Shown: positions 46,785 through 58,141 of the stretch, piece after piece
Layout of the letters: every line of letters begins with the position of its first letter
How positions within the stretch are numbered: the stretch's first letter is position 1
Origin: Salpingoeca rosetta
Lineage: Eukaryota; Protista; Choanoflagellata
Reading direction: 5' to 3'
Assembly: GCA_033442325.1 (NCBI GenBank)
Contig: JAWQFM010000003.1
Coordinates: 62,001 to 126,000 of the forward strand
Length of the DNA: 64,000 nt
Program-made: the position numbers and the translations under genes
The notes under the pieces: generated by a model
The model's input: only the letters and a program-made list of their open reading frames with translations
What the model was told of the DNA's origin: nothing
The model's database searches: none

Positions 46785-49589
46785 ATGCGGAGGGGACGAC
46801 AAGCAGCAACAGCAGCGCCGCAGCCGCTGTGGCGTGCGTTGGAGCGCATGGCCTGTGGCAACAGCTTTTACAAGGCAGCGTACGAAAGGGCGCAGAGGCA
46901 CGTGCAGCCCGTTGTTGTACACGCCGAGAAGGTTGCAGCGCACCAGCACAATCAGCAGAAACAACACCAGTCACGAACAGCTGCCACACCACCATCCATT
47001 GCACAAGGTCCAATGGCCAGCAACAGGAATCGCAGCGCCCACCACAACAACCACAACACACACCACAACACACACCACAACACACACAACAACCTCAACA
47101 CCCACAGCGCCGGTGCATTTAATGCGCAGGTCACGTCAGACACACATGCGGCGCAGGTCACGTCAGACACACATGCGGCGCAACGCACACAAATCACACA
47201 CACTGCACACAATACACACACCAAACACAACACACATACCAAACACAACGCTCACAATACACGACCGCACCAGACCAGAAAGGGGGCGCCGTCGGCTTCA
47301 TCATCGCCATCACCCGTGTGTGCCACTTCAGCGGCCACGCCAGCACGGAGGGCGCTGTCTCCAATTGCACTGCTGGCGCGGATTGTATCCTCGGCCAAGT
47401 CGCTGGCGGCTTGCCCCGTGGATGTTAGTGTGTCCCACTCAGACAAAGGAGCCTCGCCCCTCATGCTGACATCCATGCCGTTGCCGGTGGGGTCTCAGTG
47501 CAACAGTGACTACCCACTGCAAGACCACCACCATCATCGCCTTTATCCGCAACACCAGGCACCAACCATACAACAGCACCAACACAACCATGCCACGAAC
47601 AAGCAGCGGCTGTCCCAGGGTACCTTCTTCAACACACATGCAGACGACGCGTTATCCCGCTCACACCTCAGCAGCACCAAGGGTGCAGGCACAATCGGGC
47701 ACAGCAATAGCAGCGCCCCTGGCGCTGAAACGCCATTCTCAGCCGCAGCCCGACTGGCACTCTTGCAAGACGTGGAGACGACATCAGCTCAACACGAGGA
47801 TGATACCAGTACTTCACAGCAGAACCGCCGGCACCGCAATGCCAAGCAGCGATGGCAGCACCAGCATCAGCAGCACCAACAGGGGTTTCGGTGCACGTCC
47901 CGGGCAGAGATGCAGCAGCATGCTGAAGCGGCGCTCAGGCTGTTTGCGGTTACGGAGACACCTGCAGCCGTGGCAAGCACGCTGCAGGCCATGGAGACAG
48001 CAGGCATCGCGCTGGACGAGGAGCACGTGCACCAGCTTGTGCGGTGTTACGCGTTTGCAGGCGACACAGAGCGCGTGCATGCCACGCTGCGTGTGCTCGC
48101 GGCAGGGCACCACAGCCCCTCCCCTGCCCTGTGGACAACTGTCATGTCGGCGTACGAGCCGCCAATCACAAACGAGAAGCTCATCGCGCTCGGGCAGACA
48201 CTTGATCTTTTCCTGTTCCCCGAAGCACAATCAGCATCCCTAGCCGCGGGCGACGAAGGCATCCCCTACAGCAGCCCACGCGGCAGCAGTGGCAGTGGTG
48301 CGTTGGTTGGCAGCATCGATGACATTGGTGTGCTGCGCGACCAGGTGGATCCCGCGCACCTGGTGGGTGTGTACATGTCCGCGCTCTCTGCCAGCCGGCA
48401 GCTGCAGCAGCCGCTGCTGTCGCGGTACATCCTCAAGCATGCGCACGCGCGGCTGCCGTCTGCCCCGCCCGTCGAGCTGTGGGACCAGGTGGTGTGGTGC
48501 TATGCGCTGTGCAAGGAGCTGTCTGCGGCGCGGGCCCTCCTGCAGACGATGCGGCAGGCCGGCGTGGAGCCAACCATGGACACGCACGCGTTTGTGATGA
48601 TGGCGCACGGGCGCGCGTACGAGGCAGATATGGCACTGGCCATGTTCGACTCGCTGCAGCGGCAGCACACGCGGCTGTCGCTGTCTGTGTACCTGTGCAT
48701 CATGGACGCCCTGGCACAGACGGCGCAGCCGCAAGAGGCACGGGCCGTGTTCGACACCATGGTGCGCAGCGGCATCGCGCCCACCACCACCGCATACAAC
48801 AAGCTCGTCAAGGCCTATGCGCACAGCCGCAGCCCCGAGCTTGCCGCGCGTGTGGTGGACACGATGAGGGGGGATGGCCTCCTGCCCAACGAGACGACGT
48901 ACCGGTGTTGGATGTACGGGTACGCCCGCACACGCGACCCGGCCGGCGCCGAGGCGCTGCTGCACGAGATGCAGCTGCACGGCATGCAGCCGTGTGCGCA
49001 GACGTTCAACATCCTTGTGTACTGCTACGCAATGGCCGGGGAGGTGGGCACTGCCCGGGCTGTCATCGACCGCATGATCGAGTGCGGGGAGAGGCCGCTC
49101 ACCGTCTCGTTCAACGTGCTCGCAAACGCATACGGGCGCCAGCACAACCTCGATGCCCTGCGCGCGCTGGTGACGGACATGGCTGAGGCGAATGTGGCGC
49201 CCAACTTGGTGACCTACAACACGCTCATCAAGTCGTTCTGCATGAACCACCAGGTTGACAAGGCGGAGGCGACGGTTGGCCGCATGATTGAGTCCGGGCT
49301 CGCCGGCGACCTGTCCACCTGGGGCGCCCTTGCAGGCGCGTATGCACGCAAGGGCCACATCGACAGCCTCCTCCTCACATTTCGCCGGTGCATCGCAGGC
49401 GGCTGCTTGCCAAATAAGCAGATGTTCGACATGGTGGTGTTCCTCCTGTCGCGCGCGTCTGTGCCCGAGGCCGAGCGGTTGCACACCATCACGACTATTG
49501 CACACATGATTGTTGATGCGGCGCAGGACGACCCAGACGCAAACCGCGCCCTCATCCAACACTGCTTGCACAGCGTCACGGCGTCGTAG
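46785..49589 (+). CDS. Pentatricopeptide repeat protein, intronless
   Basis: Single 934-aa ORF. Roughly 9-10 35-aa PPR units in the C-terminal half (e.g. AYNKLVKAYAHSRSPELAARVVDTMRGDGLLPNET; TYNTLIKSFCMNHQVDKAEATVGRMIESGLAGDLS). The N-terminus is low-complexity and the true start is uncertain. Confidence 0.92.
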   Translation: MRRGRQAATAAPQPLWRALERMACGNSFYKAAYERAQRHVQPVVVHAEKVAAHQHNQQKQHQSRTAATPPSIAQGPMASNRNRSAHHNNHNTHHNTHHNTHNNLNTHSAGAFNAQVTSDTHAAQVTSDTHAAQRTQITHTAHNTHTKHNTHTKHNAHNTRPHQTRKGAPSASSSPSPVCATSAATPARRALSPIALLARIVSSAKSLAACPVDVSVSHSDKGASPLMLTSMPLPVGSQCNSDYPLQDHHHHRLYPQHQAPTIQQHQHNHATNKQRLSQGTFFNTHADDALSRSHLSSTKGAGTIGHSNSSAPGAETPFSAAARLALLQDVETTSAQHEDDTSTSQQNRRHRNAKQRWQHQHQQHQQGFRCTSRAEMQQHAEAALRLFAVTETPAAVASTLQAMETAGIALDEEHVHQLVRCYAFAGDTERVHATLRVLAAGHHSPSPALWTTVMSAYEPPITNEKLIALGQTLDLFLFPEAQSASLAAGDEGIPYSSPRGSSGSGALVGSIDDIGVLRDQVDPAHLVGVYMSALSASRQLQQPLLSRYILKHAHARLPSAPPVELWDQVVWCYALCKELSAARALLQTMRQAGVEPTMDTHAFVMMAHGRAYEADMALAMFDSLQRQHTRLSLSVYLCIMDALAQTAQPQEARAVFDTMVRSGIAPTTTAYNKLVKAYAHSRSPELAARVVDTMRGDGLLPNETTYRCWMYGYARTRDPAGAEALLHEMQLHGMQPCAQTFNILVYCYAMAGEVGTARAVIDRMIECGERPLTVSFNVLANAYGRQHNLDALRALVTDMAEANVAPNLVTYNTLIKSFCMNHQVDKAEATVGRMIESGLAGDLSTWGALAGAYARKGHIDSLLLTFRRCIAGGCLPNKQMFDMVVFLLSRASVPEAERLHTITTIAHMIVDAAQDDPDANRALIQHCLHSVTAS

Positions 49590-50090
49590 AACACGCACGC
49601 GCGTGTGAATGTGTGTGTGTGTGTGTGTGTGTGTGCGGCGTTGGGTGTGGCGTGAGCGAGACGTGGGTGTGACTTGCGTGGTTAGCTTTGTGGGGTATTA
49701 GGCGTGTCACATCATGGCTAGCTGTCTGGCTGACTTGTGTTTGGTTCTTGGTGGTGCCTTTGAATTCGTTCCTCTTGTCGTGCTTAAAGGTGTGACTTGC
49801 TGCCCTGTGCTTTGCGGCAGAACATGCAAACTTCTGTACGTTTGTTTGTTGTGCCGTTGTTATATCTGACTGATCCTCAGTGGTTCTCTGACTCCCCAGC
49901 GGTGTTTAATTTAAACGAGAGCAAGCTCCCCTGTTGGCGTGATTGTGTGTGTGTGTGTGTGTGTGTGTGATTGTGTGTGAAGGCGGCGACAATTTGTTGT
50001 TGGTTGGTTGCAGAGAGCAGGCACCGGCAACAAGCGGGTGAAGAACTGGTGGTGTGGAGATCACGAAAGCAAAACAAATAATAAAGATCC

Positions 50091-50162
50091 CTCCCCCACG
50101 GGGAATCGAACCCCGACCCCGACGGTGAGAGCGTCGTATCCTAGCCATTAGACCATGGGGGA
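50091..50162 (-). tRNA. tRNA-Glu(CTC)
   Basis: 72-nt cloverleaf TCCCCCATGGTCTAATGGCTAGGATACGACGCTCTCACCGTCGGGGTCGGGGTTCGATTCCCCGTGGGGGAG with A and B boxes and a downstream T-rich terminator. Confidence 0.96.
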
Positions 50163-51206
50163 TCTTGTAATCACTCGGTAATTTTTACTTATATTTAGTT
50201 AATTGCTAGACGTCATGGACTTCATGGAAGACGGACAATGAAGGACTGACTGACCATATGTGGTGTGTGAATTAATTTGATGTGACAATCAAACAATACA
50301 GGAGTCTTGAGTATCAGTCACAAGGTTCCACGTTGGTCATATGAAGCAGCACATGACCGTATTTCTTTAATGCCATCAATTTTAGACCTTTGCGCGGCCG
50401 CAACCAGGCAACCCCGTGACACGCCTCGTGCTCATGTCAACACCACCATCTTAAAGCACACGCCTTTGCACACAACCCCGCAACTTACCTCGATCGACCT
50501 TGAGGGTATTGCTGCCATGAGTGGTTACGTCGATACCCAAAACAACCAGACACTGCAGCACGTGAACTGCCACGGCTTGGGCTCGTGTTTGTGTGCTGAC
50601 CGTTTGGCAGAAGCCACAAACTGTCCGTCTCTCTGTGAACCCGACGCTTGTCCCCCTCATTAAGGTTGCGCGAGGGCGCGTGTGTGATCATGCATGCATG
50701 TGTGTGTGTGTGTGCGACCGTGTATGTGCGCTCAATTACGTTCCCTTCAATGCTTTGTGGCATGGGCCTTATTGTCCTCTCTGTCTCTCACTGTTCTGCC
50801 TCTCTCTCTCTCTTACGTGCATGCATCCCGTTCCCAACACCAGCCCAAATACACACCAACGTTACATGGAGAAGAGACGTATGTTCACCCGGTTGCTTCC
50901 GACAATTTATTCGCTGCACAGGCGAGGGGCACCGCCATCACCCACGCACACCAACACATTCAAAGGAGAAGCAAACGAACACAAACAGACACAACGCCAC
51001 CTGCCCCCCCCCCAAAACAACACACGGCCCTCACACAAAATAAAGAAGAAAGAGGCCCCCAAGAGGACAGCACAAACGCCAATCATTAAGCAAGAGAAGA
51101 GGATGAAGGGAAAGTCAACAAACACAACCGAGCACAAATCGCACCCAAGTAGAGCCATGCCACCACCAACCCCGGAGCAAGAGCACACTGGTCAGTAGTG
51201 GCCGCA

Positions 51207-52712
51207 TCACGGGGACAGAAGCTGCACGGGAAACACACGTCCACTCCTCGCACTCCACAGCAAGAAGGCCAGCCTCGACAGAGCATCAAGCCCGCTGACG
51301 GCATCCGCAGCCACGGCGGCATAGTCCATCGTGGCAAGGGCACGTGCACTGTAGTCCCTGCGCCCAGTCTCATAGGCAGGCGTGTCAGAGACGCGTGCAG
51401 CTGCGCTGCTGCTGCCGTTGCCGTCGGGGCTATCGAGGGTGAGCTCGAAAGCAGCCGTTGGCACCGTGGCGCTGGACATGGCATAGTCTGTCGTGGCAAG
51501 GGCACGTGCACTGTAGTCCCTGCGCCCAGTCCCATAGGCAGGTGTGACAGAGACGCGTGCAGCTGCGCTGCTGCTGCCGTTGCCGTCGGGGCTATCGAGG
51601 GTGAGCTCGAAAGCAGCCGTTGGCACCGTGGCGCTGGACATGGCATAGTCTGTCGTGGCAAGGGCAAGTGCACTGTAGTCCCTGCGCCCAGTCTCATAGG
51701 CAGGTGTGACAGAGACGCGTGCAGCTGCGCTGCTGCTGCCGTTGCCGTCGGGGCTATCGAGGGTGAGCTCGAAAGCAGCCGTTGGCACCGTGGCGCTGGA
51801 CATGGCATAGTCTGTCGTGGCAAGGGCACGTGCACTGTAGTCCCTGCGCCCAGTCTCATAGGCAGGTGTGACTGCGCTGCTGCTGCCGTTGCCGTCGGGG
51901 CTGTCGAGGGTGACGGGGCTGCTGGCGGGGGCGGGGAGCTCGTAAGCGGCCGTTGGGGATGTGGGGGCGGACGTTGCCAGGTCTGGCTCCTCATCCTCTT
52001 TCCCGCCAGGCAGCTGTGCCAGGTGCCGCTGCGTGGCCGCAATCATGGCCTCTTGTTCCTCCTCACACCAAGCAAAGCGGAACCGGTCAAACAAGTCCAT
52101 GGGGTCGTCGCCGCATTCCCACATGTGCGGGTAGATGTCCTCAAAGTGCGAGTCGGACAGTTGCTCTCCGCGCGAATAGGCGCGGGCGCGCATGCGGGCG
52201 ACGATAATGTTGCGGCACGGGACGCAGAACAGCTTACACGGCGATGTGAGAAAGTAGACGTTGCCCACATCACCACGGCACATGTAGCACACTTCGTTGC
52301 CCGGCACACGCCTAGTGCCCTTCAGCATCTTGTCTGCGCAGACGGCCCGGTGCTCCTCCAGGTCCTGCGTCACCACGCGCAGCATGGCCGCACACAGGGC
52401 AGCGTCACGCGGCAGGCGCTCCGGCTCCCGCGACAGAATACAGCGCGCAAGGTGGCGGCGCGGAAGCACGTAGAAGCGCAAACGCCGGTAGTCAGCACGA
52501 AGCATCACCTCATACTGCAGCGCACACAATGGCGCAAGCCTCCACGACCAACGTACGCACTGGCCAAGCACCTATCGACATCAACACAAGGGAGGGCAGA
52601 AGCACAGAGACGTGGTCAGCGGTTGAATCGGTGTGAGTACACACCCAGCAGCACACACGCACCAGAAGGTGTGTGTGTATGTCATACATCTGTCGCCAGC
52701 GCTTCAGACCGC

Positions 52713-52784
<72 letters not shown>

Positions 52785-53783
52785 GCGACACCACCAGCCA
52801 GCCAACAAACAACGGCAAATGCTCACCCGAACCCAGTGGAGAGCGCCCGGGTTGATAAGGACAGCTTCGCCCGGCCCTTGGATGAACCGCACCAGCGGAA
52901 TGTTCTCCTTGTCGAGCTCGTCAGGAGTCGGCCACCACCACGCTTCCTTGAAGTCGATACCATTCTTCTTGCAGAGCGACTCAACGCGGCCCACGTGCTC
53001 GAGAGCAATGCCGTACCACACGCACGACCCCGGCCCGACGTTGATGTGGACTTGCATCAGGCGGTCGCGGTCCTGGTGTGCAGGCGTCGCCCATCCTGCC
53101 TCCTCCAGGCGGATAGATTGACTGTTCACGCCGCGAACGACATCAAGCCCGGCGAGCATGGTGCCGCCTCCGCGCCAGTGCAGCTCGTCGGGGAGGGTGA
53201 CTCTTAGCTCCTGCAGCTGCTCTTCGGACACGTTCTGGCTCAGACATGCGCTGGGGGAAAACGCCGCACACCCCCGGGTCTCGAGCATCCCCAGGGCTCG
53301 GACCGCGGCATCCGCCTCCGCATGTACGGCGCGCACGACGTCCTCGCTTGCTTGGTAGGCGCGGGGTGGGGTGACACGTGCTCGAAGGACGGAGATGGCA
53401 CCGGCACTTGAGCTGGAACCACGGCTGCTGTCGACAGCTGGTATTGGCAACGACCATTTTGCTCGCTTGGGCTGGTGCTCGTCTTGTGTCGTGTGCGTTG
53501 GGTCGGTGGGAGCAGCCATCTGCAGGTAGGCGGGCAAGAGCACTGTCTTGCTGCTGCCGTTGTTCCTCTCTGCCTTGAGCCTCCAGCCGCTGCAGCTGGT
53601 CTGCACTTGGGTGCTCAGCGGTGTCGAGGGGCGGGCGTCCGGCAGCGGGTACTTGAAGGTGAAGCCCGGGCAGCGGAGAAAAGGTGGGCTATCGACTGTT
53701 GGAGTGGGCAGAACACCCGGCCCAACGCCGTGGGTCGTCAGATACGCATCCTTCCACACCACTGACGATGCAGTCCGAGGCAT
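51207..53783 (-). CDS. Divergent KDM6/UTX-like JmjC protein with Zn-binding domain and C-terminal tandem repeats
   Basis: TPAHQD...VHINVGPGSCVWYGI...WWWPTPDELDKENIPLVRFIQGPGEAVLINPGALHWV aligns with UTX (TPGHQE...NINIGPGDCEWF...[36 protein letters not shown]). One intron at ~52575-52827, then CYMC...FCVPC. Both termini may have further exons. Confidence 0.82.
51319..51913. repeat. 162-bp coding tandem repeat, ~3.6 near-identical copies
   Basis: Unit starts (GCATAGTC) at 51319, 51481, 51643 and 51805. It encodes the 54-aa unit PAYETGRRDYSARALATTDYAMSSATVPTAAFELTLDSPDGNGSSSAAARVSVT on the minus strand. Confidence 0.95.
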
Positions 53784-54109
53784 GGCGCAGGATAGCGCGC
53801 AGGAGAGGAAAGAGGGGAGAGAGAAGGGATGGATGAAGGAGAGTGGACGAGAGAGGAGAGAAGAAAGGTGGGTAATGGCCACCACCAGAAACGGAGAAGA
53901 CGAGGCGTGCTTGGGAAGCACAGGCACCTCAAGTGCACAGGGAGGATAGCACAGATGCGCTCAAGGGACTGACTTGATATCAGAGGTCCAGATGAAAATG
54001 AACCGAGAGGATGGCGCTGAGCCATGCATACATGCACCTATGGAAAAAAGGAGGAAGGAACGAAGAAGTGCACAGCGAACCAAGCAAATGCTGCGGAAGA
54101 GGAATAAAC

Positions 54110-54175
<66 letters not shown>

Positions 54176-54420
54176 GGTGGTTGTGCTCGGCTGAAATTTG
54201 AATTTCGTTGCCAACGCAAGAAAAGTGGGAAAGGTGCCGAGGACGCACGCAACGCACACAACGCACAGAGCCGCCGATGCACAACGGGCATGGTGGATAT
54301 GCGCCCGTGGCCTCAGACGGAAAAACTGCCAACACTGGTGCGAAAAGCAGCCATCCCCAAAGCAAGGGGCGCAGCGCACAGGCCGCAGTGCAACAAGGGT
54401 GTCCGTGTCCGTGTCCGTGT

Positions 54421-54462
<42 letters not shown>

Positions 54463-55527
54463 GGGCGCGTGATGGCACGTAAGAGCGTGCTGGGTGGATG
54501 ACGAGAGGAAGACAGTACGAGAGTGAGGGCATGAAAGGACCGTGAAGATGAAGATGAAGAGGAAGAGGAAGGAGGAAGGGGGAGGTAGTTGAGAAAAGGC
54601 GAGGCAGGCGGGTAAGAGTTGTGGTAACTGCCACAGGGACCCGCCAAGATGGAAACTGGCTGTCACCTTCAATGCACAGGAGCGCGCGCTCATGCACATG
54701 TGCACACGCAAGAGACAGTGCTTAGAATAGGGCGCGCGAGACAAGAGGAGAGATGGAGACTGAGAAGCACTGGCACCAGCAGCAGCAAGGGAAGCGCTGG
54801 CAACAGCAGCAGCAGCGGCAGTAGCAAAAGCGCGCCAACAGTGGTGCAACAAGTGCAACAACAACAAGCGCGCAAGCACCAGAGAGACAAAGGGAAGAGC
54901 TGGCTGCCCGTGTGCCAACAGCAAAGAAACAACACACTGGCCAAGAAATGGGCAGTGCAGCCGGCGACCCAGCCAACCCAACCAAAAGCAAGCCACGCAG
55001 GCAAGCACAAAGACCCCGCTTTGCCCCCGCGATAGAGGGAGGGAAGAAGGAGAGGAAGTTGGTGGTCGCGGGTTTGGCGCCAACGTTCCCTCAGCCAAGC
55101 ACCATCAGTCCTTCATCACGAAATGTGACGGGCACATGGCAGGGGGGGGGGGAGAGAGTGTGTGTGAGTGTACGTGTGCGTGTGAGTGTGAATGTGTGTG
55201 AGAGAGAGGATGAGAGGTGAGCGCACAAAGAGCACCTCCACTGAAGAGAGGGAAGGAAGACGGGAAGAGGATATGGGGGTGGGGGTGGGAGAGGTGTGAT
55301 GGGAATGGAGAGGAAGAGGAAGAGAGAGGAAGGGGGAAAGGAAAGAAGCAAGAGCAACGTGTGCCACTGCCGCAACGGAACCACGCGCGTGAATGAAAAA
55401 CAAACCCATCTGACACGATGATGACATCAGCAAACACGTTTGTTGGTCCCCAACCACCCAAACACACCAACAACAAAATAGCACAGGAGGAAGACGAAAG
55501 GAAGCAGAAAGGCAGTAGAAATGCAGT

Positions 55528-55647
55528 AGAAAAGAAGAAGAAAGGAAGAAGAAAGGAAGAAGAAAGGAAGAAGAAAGGAAGAAGAAAGGAAGAAGAAAGG
55601 AAGAAGAAAGGAAGAAGAAAGGAAGAAGAAAGGAAGAAGAAGAAAGG
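55528..55647. repeat. Purine-only minisatellite (GAAGAAGAAAG)n
   Basis: About 9-10 tandem 11-bp units, ~120 nt of purines on the + strand. Confidence 0.9.
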
Positions 55648-56316
55648 CGTGGGTAAAACAAACACAGACACACAGACACACATACACACACACACACAGA
55701 CAACAACAACAACAACAACAGCACGACAGCGATCAATGTGTCTCACCTGCTGCTGTTGTTGCGAGGAAACGATGACGAATTTCGGAAGCAGCGTGGTTGG
55801 GACGTGGGTCCACTCATGTCACACCCATTTCTTGATATCCGTGTGACGGCTGATGCGAAGAAGCGCTCCGCCATGCTTATATGTGTCCACTGCTCAACTT
55901 GATCGGGTGAAGGCGTGTGCCTGTGTTGTGTGGGAGCCGGTGTGGAAGAGAGGTGGGCTTTGCACACTCTTGCAGCAAGCAGCATGAACGCTTCACAGCA
56001 TCACCCAGCGGTTATTGCTGCAGTTGCTGGTATGGCTACTGCTGTCATCCTCTCTTGCTCATGCTGTTCCGTCATCATCATTCCATTCCAATGACGCTTG
56101 AGGCGAGCAGAACGCTCGCGTGTCACTGTCACGCGGCAGTGGCTACGTGCCTGCTTCGTTTGTTTGGGTGCATCGTGTCAGCAGCACAAGCAGTGGCGCG
56201 CCAAAACCAGGAAAGGCAATTTTGACCTTTTTCACAAAGGCAATTTTGACTGAAGCTTCCTTGCTTGTGTTGGTGAACTATTTTGAAATCTCCAAAAATT
56301 CTCAGGTCTCCGAAGA

Positions 56317-56388
56317 TCCCCCATGGTCTAATGGCTAGGATACGACGCTCTCACCGTCGGGGTCGGGGTTCGATTCCCCGTGGGGGAG
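56317..56388 (+). tRNA. tRNA-Glu(CTC)
   Basis: Identical 72-nt sequence to the copy at 50091-50162, followed by a TTTTCTTTTT terminator. Confidence 0.96.
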
Positions 56389-56863
56389 AAGTGTTTTCTT
56401 TTTGTCCCTGAACGACCCAAACGGCGTGCTCTGTTGTGCTGCGTTGAGCCCGTTCCTCACTTGCCATTGTGGTTTGTGGTTTGTTTGCTCGAACGCTTGA
56501 CCTGACGCGCTTGACGTGGTGGATGGATGTCTTGGGCTGTATTGATGCAACACTAAAAGAACGGGAAAGGACAGAAGCTATGCCCAACAGTGCAACCAAC
56601 GCTGCTAACACTGCTGCGAGAGAAACCAGAAACATGACTCCGGTGACCAAGGAGATCGGGGAGGCAGGAAGTGGAGGGAAAGAATCAACCTCGCGTATTG
56701 TGTACGGCAGAGGAGACAACGAGCAGCGAAAAGAAAGAACAGTCAGTCACCGCCGAGCGAGGGAAAGGGCCGTGAGATAGGAAATGAATGATAACAGCAG
56801 GCGCTGGGGAGGGGAGAGAGCTGCAAGGCTACACACGCACACGCACACACACACGCAGCTTGG

Positions 56864-57087
56864 TTACTCCATGCCCATCCTGTCGGTGAGCCAGAGCGCA
56901 AACTCATAGCCGACGAAGCAGGCCGCGTTGGCCGGGAACGCGCGCGCCATGACAGCGCTGAAGCCGCGGAACAGAGCACCCACGCCTGTGCACGGTACGC
57001 GGGGGCGGCCAGGGGAGGTGAGTGAGGAGGGGGGGGGGCGTGGAAAGGAAAGGCGGAGAAGAGAAAGGCAGAATCATGGGTGAGCGA

Positions 57088-57128
<41 letters not shown>

Positions 57129-57170
57129 AACGTGAACGCACATAGATAAGATTCACACCTCCCTCCACCA

Positions 57171-57213
<43 letters not shown>

Positions 57214-58075
57214 AACAAACACCCCCCCCCCTTTCAAGTACACCTGCACCCACACACGTGCGGCCCTACCGTCAGTCTTGATGATGTCTGCGAGCACGGG
57301 GAGGTAACCAGAGTAACGGCCGTTGGGGGCAACCTGCAACACGCACACAGGCAACGTATGGGGCGCAGCCAAGGGTGAAATCGAGCAAGGCAACACACAG
57401 CGAGTTAGAGCACAATGGCCAGGGAAACACAAAACAGACCACACAGACCCACTCATCACTGCCCCCATTCCCTTGCCCACGCACAAGCTCGCTCGCTCCA
57501 CACAGACCTGGAAGCGTGTCTTGACAGTGTCGATAGGGAGGCAGACGGCCCAGTTGCCCATGCCGGCCAGACCGCCAGCAAGCAGCAGGCCAGGCACGCT
57601 CGGTCCACGCTGGTGTTCGAAATCGACACACGAAGAAGACGCAAGGTTAAGAAGAAACAACAAGAAGCAACAGGCGTGCCACGCCAGGTGAGCGACGTAT
57701 GACGTGACACACGGCACGGCACAGGTCTGGAACGAAGCAGTCCGGCAGGATCACGGTGGAAGAACGTACAGGCATTCAAAACAACAACACTCAAGAACAA
57801 CAACCAAACACGCACAGACAGACACAGACACAGACACACACCCAGACACACACACACGCACGCACAGATACACGCAGACACACCTCGCCTTCGGCGGTGA
57901 AGGCCAGCTTCAAGACTTCGTAGCCGGAAAAGTAGACAGCAGAACCAACACTGTAAACCAGGGCGTGCGTTGATGGTGTCACCCATGAGAGCACGCCGGC
58001 AAATACTGTCGGCGCAATTGCGCACAGCCACACACATACAGCCACAGCCACAGCCACAGCCACACAGACAGCCAC

Positions 58076-58141
<66 letters not shown>

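Noticed and set aside
51319-51913. Possible CRISPR-like array
   Set aside because: Contiguous tandem units without unique spacers, in frame in a eukaryotic CDS, and no cas genes.
51198-53207. 669-aa plus-strand ORF with Cys-rich repeats
   Set aside because: Antisense shadow of the JmjC gene that runs through a (CA)n intron; the conserved motifs are on the minus strand.
50091-56388. DNA transposon with tRNA-like terminal inverted repeats
   Set aside because: No transposase, integrase or target-site duplication is visible; identity ends at the tRNA boundaries plus about 4 bp.
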